From NCBI RefSeq assembly GCF_006345805.1, contig NC_043004.1, forward strand, positions 21,204,001-21,268,000: a stretch of DNA of 64,000 nt. Direction: 5' to 3'. This document shows, piece after piece, positions 38,540 to 50,447 of this stretch. A program made the translations under genes and the position numbers. The notes beneath the pieces are model-generated. The model worked only from the letters and a program-made list of their open reading frames with translations, did no database searches and was not told the DNA's origin. The DNA is from Octopus sinensis (lineage: Eukaryota). Position 1 is the first letter of the stretch. Every line of letters begins with the position of its first letter.

Positions 38540-39890
38540 AATCAGACAATCATACAGCCAAAAACGTTCCACCCAAATCTGTAACTGTTGAAATGCCACT
38601 GACTGCCCACTAAGAAGAGGATCCTGTCTCTCAAACGCTGAAGTCTATAGAGCCACTTTCATGCCATCCATTGACATTACAAGGCATTAATAAGCATAAC
38701 AGCTAATGCAATTTAAAGGGAGAATTGTGCAACATGCGTACTCCATCATGTATAGGGACAGGGAGAAATCTACTTCTCTCCAGAACCAAAGAAATAGCTC
38801 CCTTAACATGGTATGAAACATCTTTAACATGATTCCTTTTTCATCTGAAGTTCATAATTACCAGCTATGTGTCTCAGAGAATTGCATAAACTATAAAAGT
38901 TTATCTGTCTACAGAGAAACTGATCTATCCAATTGTTGTCACTAAACATATACTCCTTTAATAAACGTGAAACCACTGGTTACTAGTAAGCCCAGAAATA
39001 TGACTCTAGTCGTGGTTACCCTATATATATTTATGTACAAAGTATAACATCTCTGTTTGCACATAGTGAGATTATTTCATCTTCAGCATACTATCACTGT
39101 AGTCAACTATCAGTCGGTTATATTTACATCATGCAGCCATACTTGCTACATAAATTGATATGTAACCTGATGCTACCAAACTGATTATTATGCCATTGGC
39201 AATGTGCTGTTACTGAAATGTCAAATCCTACTGAAATCTGCCAACCTAACACCAACATCCTGTCTTGGACATATAATAAAAGAATCACTGTCACTTCCTC
39301 ACCTCATTGGTAATTCTTTTGAATCCACACATATAGTTTATATGAGAATGTGAACACTTTGTGCAACCCTATAACTTTAAATTATATAAACCTTTTATCA
39401 AAACTTGAACTAAAAATAATGAGTGCCACTTTCTTTCATTTGTTTACTCTTTCATATAGTTTATTTGCAAACAACTTCTAAAAGATGCAAGTTCGACCAG
39501 CTGAAAGCTCTGCTGCCAGATGCTAACAGTGTTATGGCATCATCAGGACCAAATGTCCACCCTTTCAGAGCCTTGGATGGCTTTATTGAAAACTGGTCTT
39601 CACCTTTACTGATGTGAGGTTGCACTTGTTAGATCAACTGGTTATAATAATGCGATTACTCTTTGTTGTTTCTCCTTGTGTTGCAAATATCTTTGTTGAT
39701 CACATTGGGTAATTTCACTGCTATAAGTAAATAATCATACTCTGTAAGATTTCTAACTCTTTGATAAGTTTTTACTACTTGTTCTTTTTTTGTGGACATG
39801 AAAGGAGTTCTGTAGCTTAGTCTATGAAAGAAGGGTCTTAACCATAATCTTTTTGCAAGGCTTTCATATTTTGTGTTTCTCATCAAGTTC
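38540..39890 (-). mobile_element. Possible PIF/Harbinger transposase remnant
   Basis: ORF 39656-39892 KRLWLRPFFHRL...YDYLLIAV..P.VI.KD resembles the Harbinger N-terminus (R.WVRPW...F..LL..V.P.I.K.DT); weaker DVG...FSNS and LHN matches downstream. Confidence 0.4.
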
Positions 39891-42800
39891 ATGTTTTGGT
39901 CTTAATAGAATTCATCGGTAAAGTATACACTTCACCATACATACCAAAGTAATCACTTAACAAATATACAGTAAAATACATTTGTATGTACTGTGGGATT
40001 GAACCTAGAATCATATGATTGGGAAATAAACTTCACAATCACTAGATCATGCATATGGCATGAGATGAAATGGTTTAGATAATTTACACTTATAGTCACA
40101 CTCAAAGAAAATTGCAACAAATTTGATAATGACATCAGTTCCAGGAAGCAGTCAGTGATTTATTAAATAACTATCTTTGATATGTGATCAGTTTAAAAAT
40201 TGATAATTGGAAATAGGTTGTCATAAATTTCACAGAATTTTATAATTTCTTATGCTTTGAAGAGAATATTATTCTTATGATGTGTATAGAGTTTATCACT
40301 GGCAACATGATGGGTGATATTTTTGAGTGTGTTTTAAAGGAAATAGGAAGTTATAATAATTCTTCATATTCTAAAGAATATTTGTGTTACAAAGAATATA
40401 AATCGTTGAGCTGATAATTTAATAGACAAGCAACTGAGTAGTTAACCAAGAAGAGTTCATGCTAAAACACGGAGTACTAAATGACTAAACTCACCTAACT
40501 AAAAGTAAATACCAAAATGGTATTAATCAGGGATTAATCATGACCCTAAGGATAAGCAGAATCCTGCCAAATTGAACAAAATGCATTGCAGCATTTGAGT
40601 GCCTTTACATTCTGAGATCACATGTCATCAAAATCCTCTTTGCCATTTGTCCTTCCAAAGTCTATAAAATAAGTAGCAGTCCAGTACCGAGTTAATTTAT
40701 GAGGATATCTTTCAACATAAAACAATGTGTGTAACGTAGTGCATGTGTGTTTCTTAAACGAAGGTATGTGTAACTATACCTGACTTGTTAGAAAGAATCC
40801 TTATTTTAATTTAAATTTTAGCTGAAGTTCTTTTCCTCACTGCCCCATGTTCCAGCTCTAAGTTTGAAAACTACTGATACAAGAACATGTTTCAAGTCTT
40901 GAAGTTTGTCTTTCTCTACATGGGAGCATAATAAGAAAATTTCTTCTCCCCTGTTCAAGATGTAGCCAGTGTCAAGATCTTAAGTTTTTTGGCCTCACAT
41001 AGTTGAAATGGCTACCATAACCAACAAATGCCTTTGCAGCAGTACATATATAATAAGATTATAAGCAAAATTTCTATCAAAGCCAGGTATAACTGCACAA
41101 GTAATAATTTCAAATATTTAATCAAAATCCAAATTCTCTAAACCTCATGCAAACAACTCAACAGAACTCGGTGCTTCTGAAGGAAAATAACTGATGAAAG
41201 AAATTCATATCAGATATAGAAACTACAGAAAATGAAAAAGCATATAATTGGATAATCAAGAATGCCTTTAAAGATTGATACACACAAAATACTCATTCAT
41301 TTTGTTCTATTAACAAAAGAAATATCACAACTCACTCAGAATACTTTTAGCTCCTGAAAGACAGGGAAAAGCAATTCATACTTTCTGTTACATCCAACAA
41401 CACCCACTTATATATGTTTTACCACCTTTTGTTGTTTCTTAACCTTCTCTAATTAAGCATCATCCAGTTGCAAACTAGTCGACGTACACTAAATTTGCAC
41501 CAGTTCTAGGCAGAGACAACGAAGCATACTCCATTGGAGCTATGCCAATGTTATCTCATTCAACAGTAAACACTAAACCTACCAAGAAAACACCATTGCA
41601 CTCACACTATTTTAAATATGATGAATATACAATTAGGGCCCTTGAGATTGTTCCAAGAGTTTCACCATCAAGGAGGACCTCTCCTGACAAAAGCATATTT
41701 TTCATACAGTTAAGAATTAAGAATACATTTTGACGATATACTTTATTCTTTAGAGCCAGAATATATTTCAGTTCCTGATAATTATTGTTGTCTTCAGCCA
41801 CAGAAAAATATTGTTCCTATCTGTTAGTATGTGTGTGTGTGCGCGTGTGGATAGATACCAAAGCATATAAACATTTTGGTGCATTATTTCATATTTTTCT
41901 TAGATTTGATAAATTGGTGTTTGTTTTCATTTCATTTGCTTTTCTCTTGAAAAAGTTCCTTATTATTTGTTCTGACAAAGGAAAAATTTGTTTGTTTTAG
42001 TGAAGTAAAATCTCTTAGTTTTGCAAAGTTCCTTTATAAATTAATAAATTCTCCCCTACCCAAAAAAAAGATCTCAAAGAATAAAATAAAATGAAGCAAA
42101 AATATACGGGAAAAAAATCTTTTCAATTTGAGATTTTTGTGGAGAGGGGTGTAAAATCAAGTGCTGTCCATTTGAAGTAATGTAAATTGAATGACGGGCA
42201 GTACTAAAATAAATAAATAAGTGAATAAAAATTGAAATAATTCTACTGGAGATACTTTTGAAAAATTTCTAAAAAAATCAATGACAACCTAATATAGAAA
42301 TAAAGATCTGCTGATATGATCAAGTACTTATGGAATATATAGTAAAAGAAGGCACCGGTAATTAACATGAAGTTCGTGTAGTCTTCATTGAAAGGGAAAT
42401 TGAATGATGAAACTCTTTGGAATTTTTATTTTCTATGTTTTAGCTAATATGAAGATAAATACTTGAGAAGTTGGACAGAAATAAATCATTCAAAAATTTT
42501 TTAATATTTTGAAAGAGCTAAAGAAAAAATTTATAAAATTGTATTGACTCTGTGGAAATAAGTTTGTGTATTTTAGAATCTGTTGGAATATGTCAACACA
42601 TGGTATGAATTCTATAGCATGTATGTAGATTCTAGAGAAGTTTGTAATTGCCTGTACACATATGTGGTGTTTCAGAAAGTTAATATAGCAGTGAGAATTT
42701 ATTAAATAAATGTTTTATTATGTTCACAATTTAAGTGAGAACAGCATTGTTTGTTCATGAAGAAATTAGAAGTGAAGAAATTAAAAGAAAGGAAACTGGT

Positions 42801-42943
42801 CCTCATCTTTGTGTGTATATGTGTGTGTGTGTGTAAATATGTTATTTAAGGACTTGTTTAATGTCTCAGAATGTTCATATATTAGATGTATTTTGTGAAA
42901 TATGGCTATGTAAAAGATTAGCATATGCATTTCTGTAAGTCTT

Positions 42944-42985
<42 letters not shown>

Positions 42986-43014
42986 ATATATATATATATA
43001 TGTATACACACACA

Positions 43015-44169
43015 CAGGGGTTGGACAAAATAATGGAAACACCTTAAGATTTCAATCAAATTTATTTTGATATGGGGTAGGACCCATATCAATTACAGCT
43101 TCAATTCTACAGGGTATGGACTTGTAGAAAGTTTGAATTGTTTCCAAAGGAATTTTTGTTCATTCTTCAGCTAAAAGTCTCCAGTTCTTGTAGTGATGAT
43201 GGTGGAGGATATCAACTGCTTATCCGTTTTTTTTTAAATGTTCCATAATTGTTCAATAATATTTTGATGGCCCGAAAAGATGTTCAATTTCACTACAATG
43301 TTCCTCCTGCTTTTCAATAATAATTTTGGCTGTGTGAATTGGTGCATTATCATCCTGAAAGATTGTATTTCCCTCCAGAAACAGTTCTGCAACCATAGGA
43401 TGAAGTTGATCAGATAAAATGTTTAAATAGTCTTGACTATTAATTCTGCCATGAAGGGAAACCATAGGGCCGGCAGATTTCCAAGATATAGACCCCCTCC
43501 CCAGATCTTCCTCCATGTTTAACAGTTGGAAGAAAGCAGTCTGGGTCAAATGCTTCTTTTGGCTGTTTCCATATGTATACTTGGCTCGTGGTTGGAAATA
43601 AGGTAAAGGATGACTCGCCTGAGAAAATAACATTCTTCCACTGCACTAGGTACCAATTCTGTAGGTTTTTACTTCACTCTAAACGCTTTGCAACATTTGA
43701 TTTTGAAAGTAGTGGTTTTCTGATTGCAGCCCTCCCGTGATATCTGGCTTTGTGCAGCACCTGGTGAACAGTTTTTGTGGAAACTGGGTTCTCAATGTGG
43801 TCATTAAGCTCTGCAGTAATCTTGGGAGCTGTACTTTTGTGATCCTTTCTAACAATTCGCATAAGAGTCTGGTGGTCCCTATCTGAAAGTTTTGGTTTCT
43901 TTCTGAAGTTTTGTTTTGATGAGGAGGTTTTTTCCCTCTTTCTTGAAGGCTGTAATTACTTTCAAGACAGTATTTCTTGATACTCCAAGCATTTAGGCCG
44001 TTTTAGTTATCTTTTTCTGATGATATCTGAAAAGAAACAGCAATTTTAGCAAAACATATTAAGCAACACTTATAATAAATCAAACAACATAAAAATAAAC
44101 AAGCTTTTGACAGTTTTATAGATATTTCAAAATTATGATGCTATGATGTTTACATTATTTTGTCCAGCC

Positions 44170-44173
<4 letters not shown>
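43015..44173 (-). mobile_element. Tc1 (DD34E-type) transposon with both TIRs, inactivated
   Basis: 26-bp TIRs CAGGGGTTGGACAAAATAATGGAAAC / CAGAGGCTGGACAAAATAATGTAAAC; frames KITAELN..VSTKTV...RKPLLS, WKNVIFSGES.F, TVKHGG, FQDDNAPIHTAK; sits in a TA/CA array. Confidence 0.9.
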
Positions 44174-44228
<55 letters not shown>

Positions 44229-44717
44229 ATGAAGATCATGTTTGTGATCCAGTCCTTTATGTTTTATTATAAATCTATTGAAACTTAAGTTATATATTTT
44301 TTCTCTATTGATATTTCATATACTTAGGAGAATATTTTACATTCATCTTCTTTTTAGGGATTCTGAGAATGTTCTTAGAGATGAATCATATTCTTGTATT
44401 AATTCTAATTTATTCTCCATGGAACAATATTCTTGCATTTGTTGTTTGTGCTGTTATCATGCAAGGCACATTTGGGACAATAAATGTAGATCATTGGTCA
44501 GTTTAATACCAATGCTGTCTTTCGATTGAGGATAGTATTTTCACTTCCTTAAACCTGATACAAAGGACCTGAAAAGTGTCATGAGCAAAGCGTTTTTTCT
44601 TTTAGCCAAACCCAAAACAAAATAAACCAGGATTATCCCATTCACTCTGCAGACATAGTGCATCTAAGACTACATTATACAACTTGTCTTTGTGCTTAAG
44701 ATGGTAAAAATCATCAT

Positions 44718-44985
44718 CATCCTCATCATCATCGTTTAAAGTCCGTTTTCCATGCTAGCATGGGTTGAACGGTTTGACTAGGGTTTGGGACACCAGGAGG
44801 CTGCACCAGGCTCCAGTCTGATCTGGCAGTGTTTCTACAGCTGGATGCCCTTCCTAACACCAACCACTCCATGAGTGTTGTGGGTGCTTTTTATGTGCCA
44901 CCGGCACAGGTGACAGGCAAGGCTGGCAATGGCCATGATCAGTTGGTGCTTTTTACATGCCACTGGCACAGAAGCCAGTCAATCT
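44718..44985 (-). mobile_element. SINE family C
   Basis: CATCATCGTTTAAAGTCCGTTTTCCATGCTAGCATGGG...GGATGCCCTTCC. Confidence 0.85.
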
Positions 44986-45455
44986 GAAAAGAATTTGACT
45001 TCTTCTTCTAGCAGATCAAATGACTATACACTTCATTGTTGTACATGTCGCCATTGTCATCTCAATTATTATTTACATCCAATGTTTCATGGTTGCATGA
45101 CTCAGATGCAGTTGATAGAGGCAGATTTTCTAGGGTTGTGTGTTGACAACTTTCACTTGTTTCCAAGCAGGATAATATTTTCTTGTGGCCAATATATTTT
45201 TTCAGATTATTGGAAATGAATAACACTGTTTGTATGAAAGTGATAATTGTTAAACGGGAAATTTTGACAATCAAACAATGTCAGTACAGGCAATGGATTT
45301 TGGGAATGAAACTTTTTCCTGATGGTGATGTCTATGGTCAGTTTATTTTGATCAGCAAATAATCTTCACATGCAGAACACGTAATTGACCCTGAGTGAAC
45401 ACCTTAGCAAATAAAATCCACATTTTGATAAGCTTTCCTTTTCGTATTTGTGTAA

Positions 45456-45663
45456 CCTTTTAGCTATATCCAGTCTAGATATTCAACTTGTTTTAAGTTC
45501 AAACTGGTCAGATCTGGCCTCTTACATCTACTCTATAATATTATTTTGAAAATAAGCAATCATCTCATCAAAATCTCAAGGCTATGAGATAAGTCATGAT
45601 TGATTCAAAACAATGTGAATAAATAAGTATTATATTTGATAGAGGAATCTGAATGCTAAAAGG
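45456..45663. mobile_element. piggyBac-like MITE
   Basis: Termini (G)TAA|CCTTTTAGC ... GCTAAAAGG|TTAA; a related right end (AAAGGGTTAA) occurs at ~10968-10977. Confidence 0.55.
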
Positions 45664-45917
45664 TTAATGACACACATAGAGAATGCTGATCTGGTATTAG
45701 TACCAACTTAAAGAACAAATCTTTATCAGATGGCTGGAGGTTGGTTCAGGGAATCAGCAAAGTACATCCTTTATTGACATCAGTAATTTTATTTCTATGT
45801 GCTTTTATGGAAATGCTGGTAAGTGATTTCTTGAAAATAGATGTACGAAATTAATTAGTCAATTATTTTTCTGAAATAATGGAACTAAGATACACAGATA
45901 GTGTCTGTGAATATGGA

Positions 45918-46436
45918 TTATTTGTGTATTGTGAAAAAAGAAAGAAGGAATAGAAGAAAAGAGAGAGAATGTGAAAGAATAATGAGAGAGGCAGAGAGAG
46001 AAATAGAGATAGTGAGAGAAAGAAAGGAGGATAGAAAGAAAGAAAGAATGAAAGAGTGTGAAAGAAAGAGAGATTGAGAAAGAGTGAAAGGGGGATCAGA
46101 AAAAGAAAGAGAGTAGGAAAGAAGACAGGAAGAGAGAAGGAAAGAAGGAAGAAAAAGAGAGAAGAGAGAAAATAGAAAAATAGAGAGTGAGAAAGAAATA
46201 TTGCTGAATGAAAGACAAAGACAGACAGACTGAAAAGAGGTAGCTAGAGAAAAAAGAAAAAGAAAATAGAAACAATAAAAAAGGAAAGAATGGAAGAGAA
46301 ATGAAGAAGCAAAAAAGAAAGAGAAAAAGAGAAAAAAAAAACAAAAGAAAAGGAGAAGGAAAAACAAATAGAAATAGAGAGTGAAAAAGAAAGAAAGAAA
46401 AATAGACAGACATGTACATAGATAAATGGATGACAT
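45918..46436. repeat. ~520-bp purine-rich (GA/AAAG) low-complexity tract
   Basis: Directly visible; explains the Phe/Leu/Ser-rich ORFs 45918-46443. Confidence 0.9.
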
Positions 46437-47542
46437 TTCGCATCTTAAAAAGTTACCTAATACAAAAAGTAATCAAACAAAAATTAAGCGAATATTTGCT
46501 TGTAAGTTTTCTGAAGAGGCATTTATAATTCAGATTTATATTTTTGTTTATGTCTCACATTCATAATTTACATCTTTGTAAATACTATATTTTTTACAAT
46601 GGTATCTTAATAAGTTAACAAGATGTTTTTTAATGAAGACATTGAGGAATGAAAGCTGCTTGGTAAAAGAGAAGAAAGAGAAAACGAGACAGTGAGACAA
46701 ATACTGTAGTCATACTTACATATATGTGTGTGTATGTGTGTGCGTGTTTGTGCGTGTGTGTGTGTGTGTATGAGTGTGTGTGTGTGTGTGTGTGTGAATA
46801 TACATACAGGAAAATGGGAAGAAAGAGAGAGATAGAAATTGAGAACCAAATTGGAAGTTGTGTGACAGGAGACAAATTTTGCAATATGCAGATTTATTAT
46901 AAGTTTGACAAGTGCATTGGCATGAAACTTAAAACCATTGAATCTATGACAGTATGCTGCTTCTGCTTAGAATCCATTATTTGCCTGCAATGAAAAAGAT
47001 CAAGAAGAAAGATAGAGGAAAAGATATGCTACCAGTATGTACAATTTGAATGATCTATGTCAGTCAATAAAAAGTCATACCTACTTTTTGCATTAAGTTG
47101 GTTAAAATCTTCATGTAACTAAGCATGCAAATTGCTCTTTGAAAGAAGAGTTTACTCAAGTTTCCTATTTTCTAGTTTTATATTTTTGCTTTCATCACTG
47201 AGAAAAATCTTGGAGACAATTTCGTAAACTGGTGTCTGAATTTGTCATTTTACTGCTATATGTGTTCTTTTAAACATTCATTTCTTCAATAATACAATCA
47301 TAAATAAATATCTTAAATATCACAGACACACATATAGAAACACATATGCACATTTATATGCATATCTACGAATGTATACATATACATATATATGTATATA
47401 TATATATATATATATTTGAGTAGTTGAATGAATTATCTTATTAAGGATAATTCGAAAGATAACTGATACCTGGGTAGCAAATTCACATCAGAAAGAACAC
47501 AGTTGAAGTTACGTCCCTAGGGCATAGACTACGTGCTTTCTC

Positions 47543-47561
47543 TGACGTCACTCCTTATAAA
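47543..47561 (+). promoter_or_regulatory. CRE palindrome plus TATA-like box (putative pLTR promoter)
   Basis: TGACGTCA (47543-47550) and TATAAA (47556-47561) about 90 nt upstream of the hammerhead core; motif match only. Confidence 0.3.
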
Positions 47562-47638
47562 CAGACACTCATTATCGCCATGGGCTCCTTGAGAGCAGTC
47601 AGCTAAAAGTTTTTTGTGCATTTTGATGTCGACATAAG

Positions 47639-47737
47639 TTCCTTGCCTTTCCTGATGAGAAATCTGCATAATTTACTCCTTATTCATTCGGAATTAGGAA
47701 TATGCAGCCTTCGAAACATATGTCGAAAATAAAGGAA
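47639..47737 (+). ncRNA. Type I hammerhead ribozyme motif (family H1)
   Basis: Stem I TTCCTT-gcc-TTTC / GAAA-ata-AAGGAA; core CTGATGA 47652-47658; stem II G47659-C47712 with CTGCATA/TATGCAG; GAAA 47713-47716; palindromic stem III CATATG; GTC cleavage triplet, cut after 47724. Confidence 0.8.
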
Positions 47738-47775
47738 ATTTGTTAACAAGTCGTTCAACTCCATTCTTTCATAAA

Positions 47776-47829
<54 letters not shown>

Positions 47830-47983
47830 TACATATATACATACATATATACATGTGTATATATATGTGTGTGTGTGTTTTTATATATATGTTTATATAT
47901 TTATATATATATATGTACACATGTATATATATCTATGTATATATGTATATATGTATGTATGTATATATATATATATACATATA

Positions 47984-48517
47984 GATTCAGATAAATATGG
48001 TACTTAAGTTGAGGCACCAGAATTTACTATGGTATTACCCATACAATTTCAAAGTAAGGTGATTAAAATCAAAATAAGCAACAAGGATATCCAGATGTAA
48101 TGCAGTAGGATCGCTTCATGCAACTCCATTTAATTGAACAATGCATTCATTACATCAATTTAAAATGCAGAGCAATCCTCAGCTGCACAAAGACATAGAG
48201 TTTAATTAAATTAGAACAGATGGACATATTAGTATAATTATACCTAAAATCTCCAAGAAGTTAAGGAGATAGACAACTTCTATGCTGGAGTGGAGACAGC
48301 ATGTTCTTTGTCTATCTCCTTAACTTCTAGGAGATTTTAGGTATAATTATACTAATATGTCCATCTGTTCTAATTTAATTAAATTCTATGTCTTTGTGCA
48401 GCTGAGGATTTCTCTACATTCTAAATTAATGTAATGATTGCATTGTTCAATTAAATAGAGTTGCATGAAACGAGCATACTGCATTAGCTCTGGATGTCCT
48501 TGTTGCTTATTTTGATT
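47984..48517. mobile_element. Inverted-repeat element (210-bp arms), probable inverted PLE pseudo-LTR
   Basis: 48067-48276 is the reverse complement of 48308-48517; each arm carries a degenerate hammerhead motif pointing outward; flanked by TA/TG arrays. Confidence 0.7.
48397..48483 (+). ncRNA. Degenerate hammerhead-like motif (family H2; mirrored at 48101-48187 on minus)
   Basis: TGCAG-CTGAGGA-[58 nt with CTCTA/TAGAG]-GAAA-CGAGCA-TA-CTGCA; the mirror copy reads GAAG-CGATCC-TA. Stem I TGCAG/CTGCA is intact; stem III is mutated. Confidence 0.45.
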
Positions 48518-49077
48518 ATATATGTGTGTGTGTGTGTGTGTTGTGTGTGTGTGTGTGTGTGTGTACATATTTACATGTAGTGCCTTACTGGATTTTACCA
48601 TGAGAAAGGAACCCTGAAGAAGGAAATGTTATATACAGGGAGTTGAATTTGGATTATTTCCTACAGCCCCTTAAGACTTTCTTGAAACAGCTGTAGGTTT
48701 AGACTGATCCTTTCAGTCACCTCCATTCATGGTACTTCTTATATATATCTTTTTATGTTTACATTCTTATATTTTTAATGCTTTCTATGTTTATATTATA
48801 TTTTTTAATGTTTTTTTATCTTTATATTCTTATATTTCTATATTTTTATCATCTATGTTTTAAGATAAATACGTGGTTATTTGAATGAAGTAATATCTCA
48901 TGTCATACATCTGAATTATGAATTTGTTTGTTTGAATGTTTAAGACAAATATCTGAAATTTTTATTTTATAACAAATTTTATAAATCTTTAGCTCATATA
49001 CAAGCCAAAAAACAGTTGTATTATATACTGGAGTTTTATCTTCATTAATATTCTGATATTCTATATACATATGTATG

Positions 49078-49175
<98 letters not shown>

Positions 49176-49455
49176 TCCGTAATAATGAAGGGTGAAATTA
49201 ATTAATTTGGAATAATTATCAATTACACCAAGTAGTCTTCGGCATCATTCGAGGAAAATTTAAGTAATACTAAGCAATAAAGGGTTTAGCAACGAATTGC
49301 CTTACCACATACCGAATTTAGAAATAGCAGTCAAAAGGTTATAGCTATTTCTTCTACTAAAAAGGGAGATCTCAGTAAAAACAGCAATTGGAAGGCAGAC
49401 ACAAACAGTTAAGAGAGAATGAATTGACGGCAATCTATCATACAATTTTAAGTTA

Positions 49456-49555
49456 TCTACGGACGTACGTTTCGAAATCAAGTTTTTAGGAAAGCATAAG
49501 AATTAAATATTAAATAATTCTATCTCACCAAAACTTCTTTTCTCTTCAGCGTAGA
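49456..49555 (-). ncRNA. Type I hammerhead ribozyme motif (family H3, antisense copy)
   Basis: Reverse complement of 49755-49854; cleavage after the C complementary to G49462. Confidence 0.8.
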
Positions 49556-49754
49556 ATACTATAATCATAAATGATTATATATTGAATTTTGTTTTGGCTA
49601 CACGCGGGTGGAAGGGGCTGGTGACACAATCTTTTCATTCACGCATTGAATTTGGTGATACTAGTTGCGGATTCTAGCTCGCTCTGATACTGAGTTGAGT
49701 TGGTGCCTTCTAGTATCTCAAAATTCAATATATAATCATTTACGATTATAGTAT

Positions 49755-49854
49755 TCTACGCTGAAGAGAAAAGAAGTTTTGGTGAGATAGAATTATTTAA
49801 TATTTAATTCTTATGCTTTCCTAAAAACTTGATTTCGAAACGTACGTCCGTAGA
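49755..49854 (+). ncRNA. Type I hammerhead ribozyme motif (family H3)
   Basis: Stem I TCTACG/CGTAGA; CTGAAGA 49761-49767; 69-nt stem II (GAAAagAAGTTTT...AAAACTTgaTTTC); GAAA 49837-49840; palindromic CGTACG; GTC cut after 49848. Confidence 0.85.
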
Positions 49855-50347
49855 TAACTTAAAATTGTATGATAGATTGCCGTCAATTCATTCTCTCTTA
49901 CCTGTTTGTGTCTGCCTTCCAATTGCTGTTTTTACTGAGATCTCCCTTTTTAGTAGAAGAAATAGCTATAACCTTTTGACTGCTATTTCTAAATTCGGTA
50001 TGTGGTAAGGCAATTCGTTGCTAAACCCTTTATTGCTTAGTATTACTTAAATTTTCCTCGAATGAGGCTTTTACATGCCGAAGACTACTTGGTGTAATTG
50101 ATAATTATTCTAAATTAATTAATTTCACCCTTCATTATTACGGATAACCATATTTTATCTCAGTAGATGACCACAGCATTTTGTTTTGGCTACACGCGGG
50201 TGGGAAGGGGCTGGTGACACAATCTTTTCATTCACGCATTGAATTTGGTGATACTAGTTGCGGATTCTAGCTCTCTCTGATACTGAGTTGAGTTGGTGCC
50301 TTCTAGTATCTCAAAATTCAATATATAATCATTTATGATTATAGTAT

Positions 50348-50447
50348 TCTACGCTGAAGAGAAAAGAAGTTTTGGTGAGATAGAATTATTTAATATTTAA
50401 TTCTTATGCTTTCCTAAAAACTTGATTTCGAAACGTACGTCCGTAGA
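50348..50447 (+). ncRNA. Type I hammerhead ribozyme motif (family H3, tandem copy)
   Basis: Identical motif; cut after 50441. Confidence 0.85.

Larger units (their letters stand above)
47415..47778 (+). mobile_element. Solo PLE pseudo-LTR-like/retrozyme-like element in a (TA)n array
   Basis: 364-bp non-coding island flanked on both sides by (TA)n, carrying an intact hammerhead motif and upstream CRE/TATA-like motifs. Confidence 0.65.

Noticed and set aside
41600-41800. Minus-strand ORF with LKNKVYRQN, reminiscent of a Tc1/mariner C-terminus
   Set aside because: Single short motif, no catalytic residues or TIRs found.
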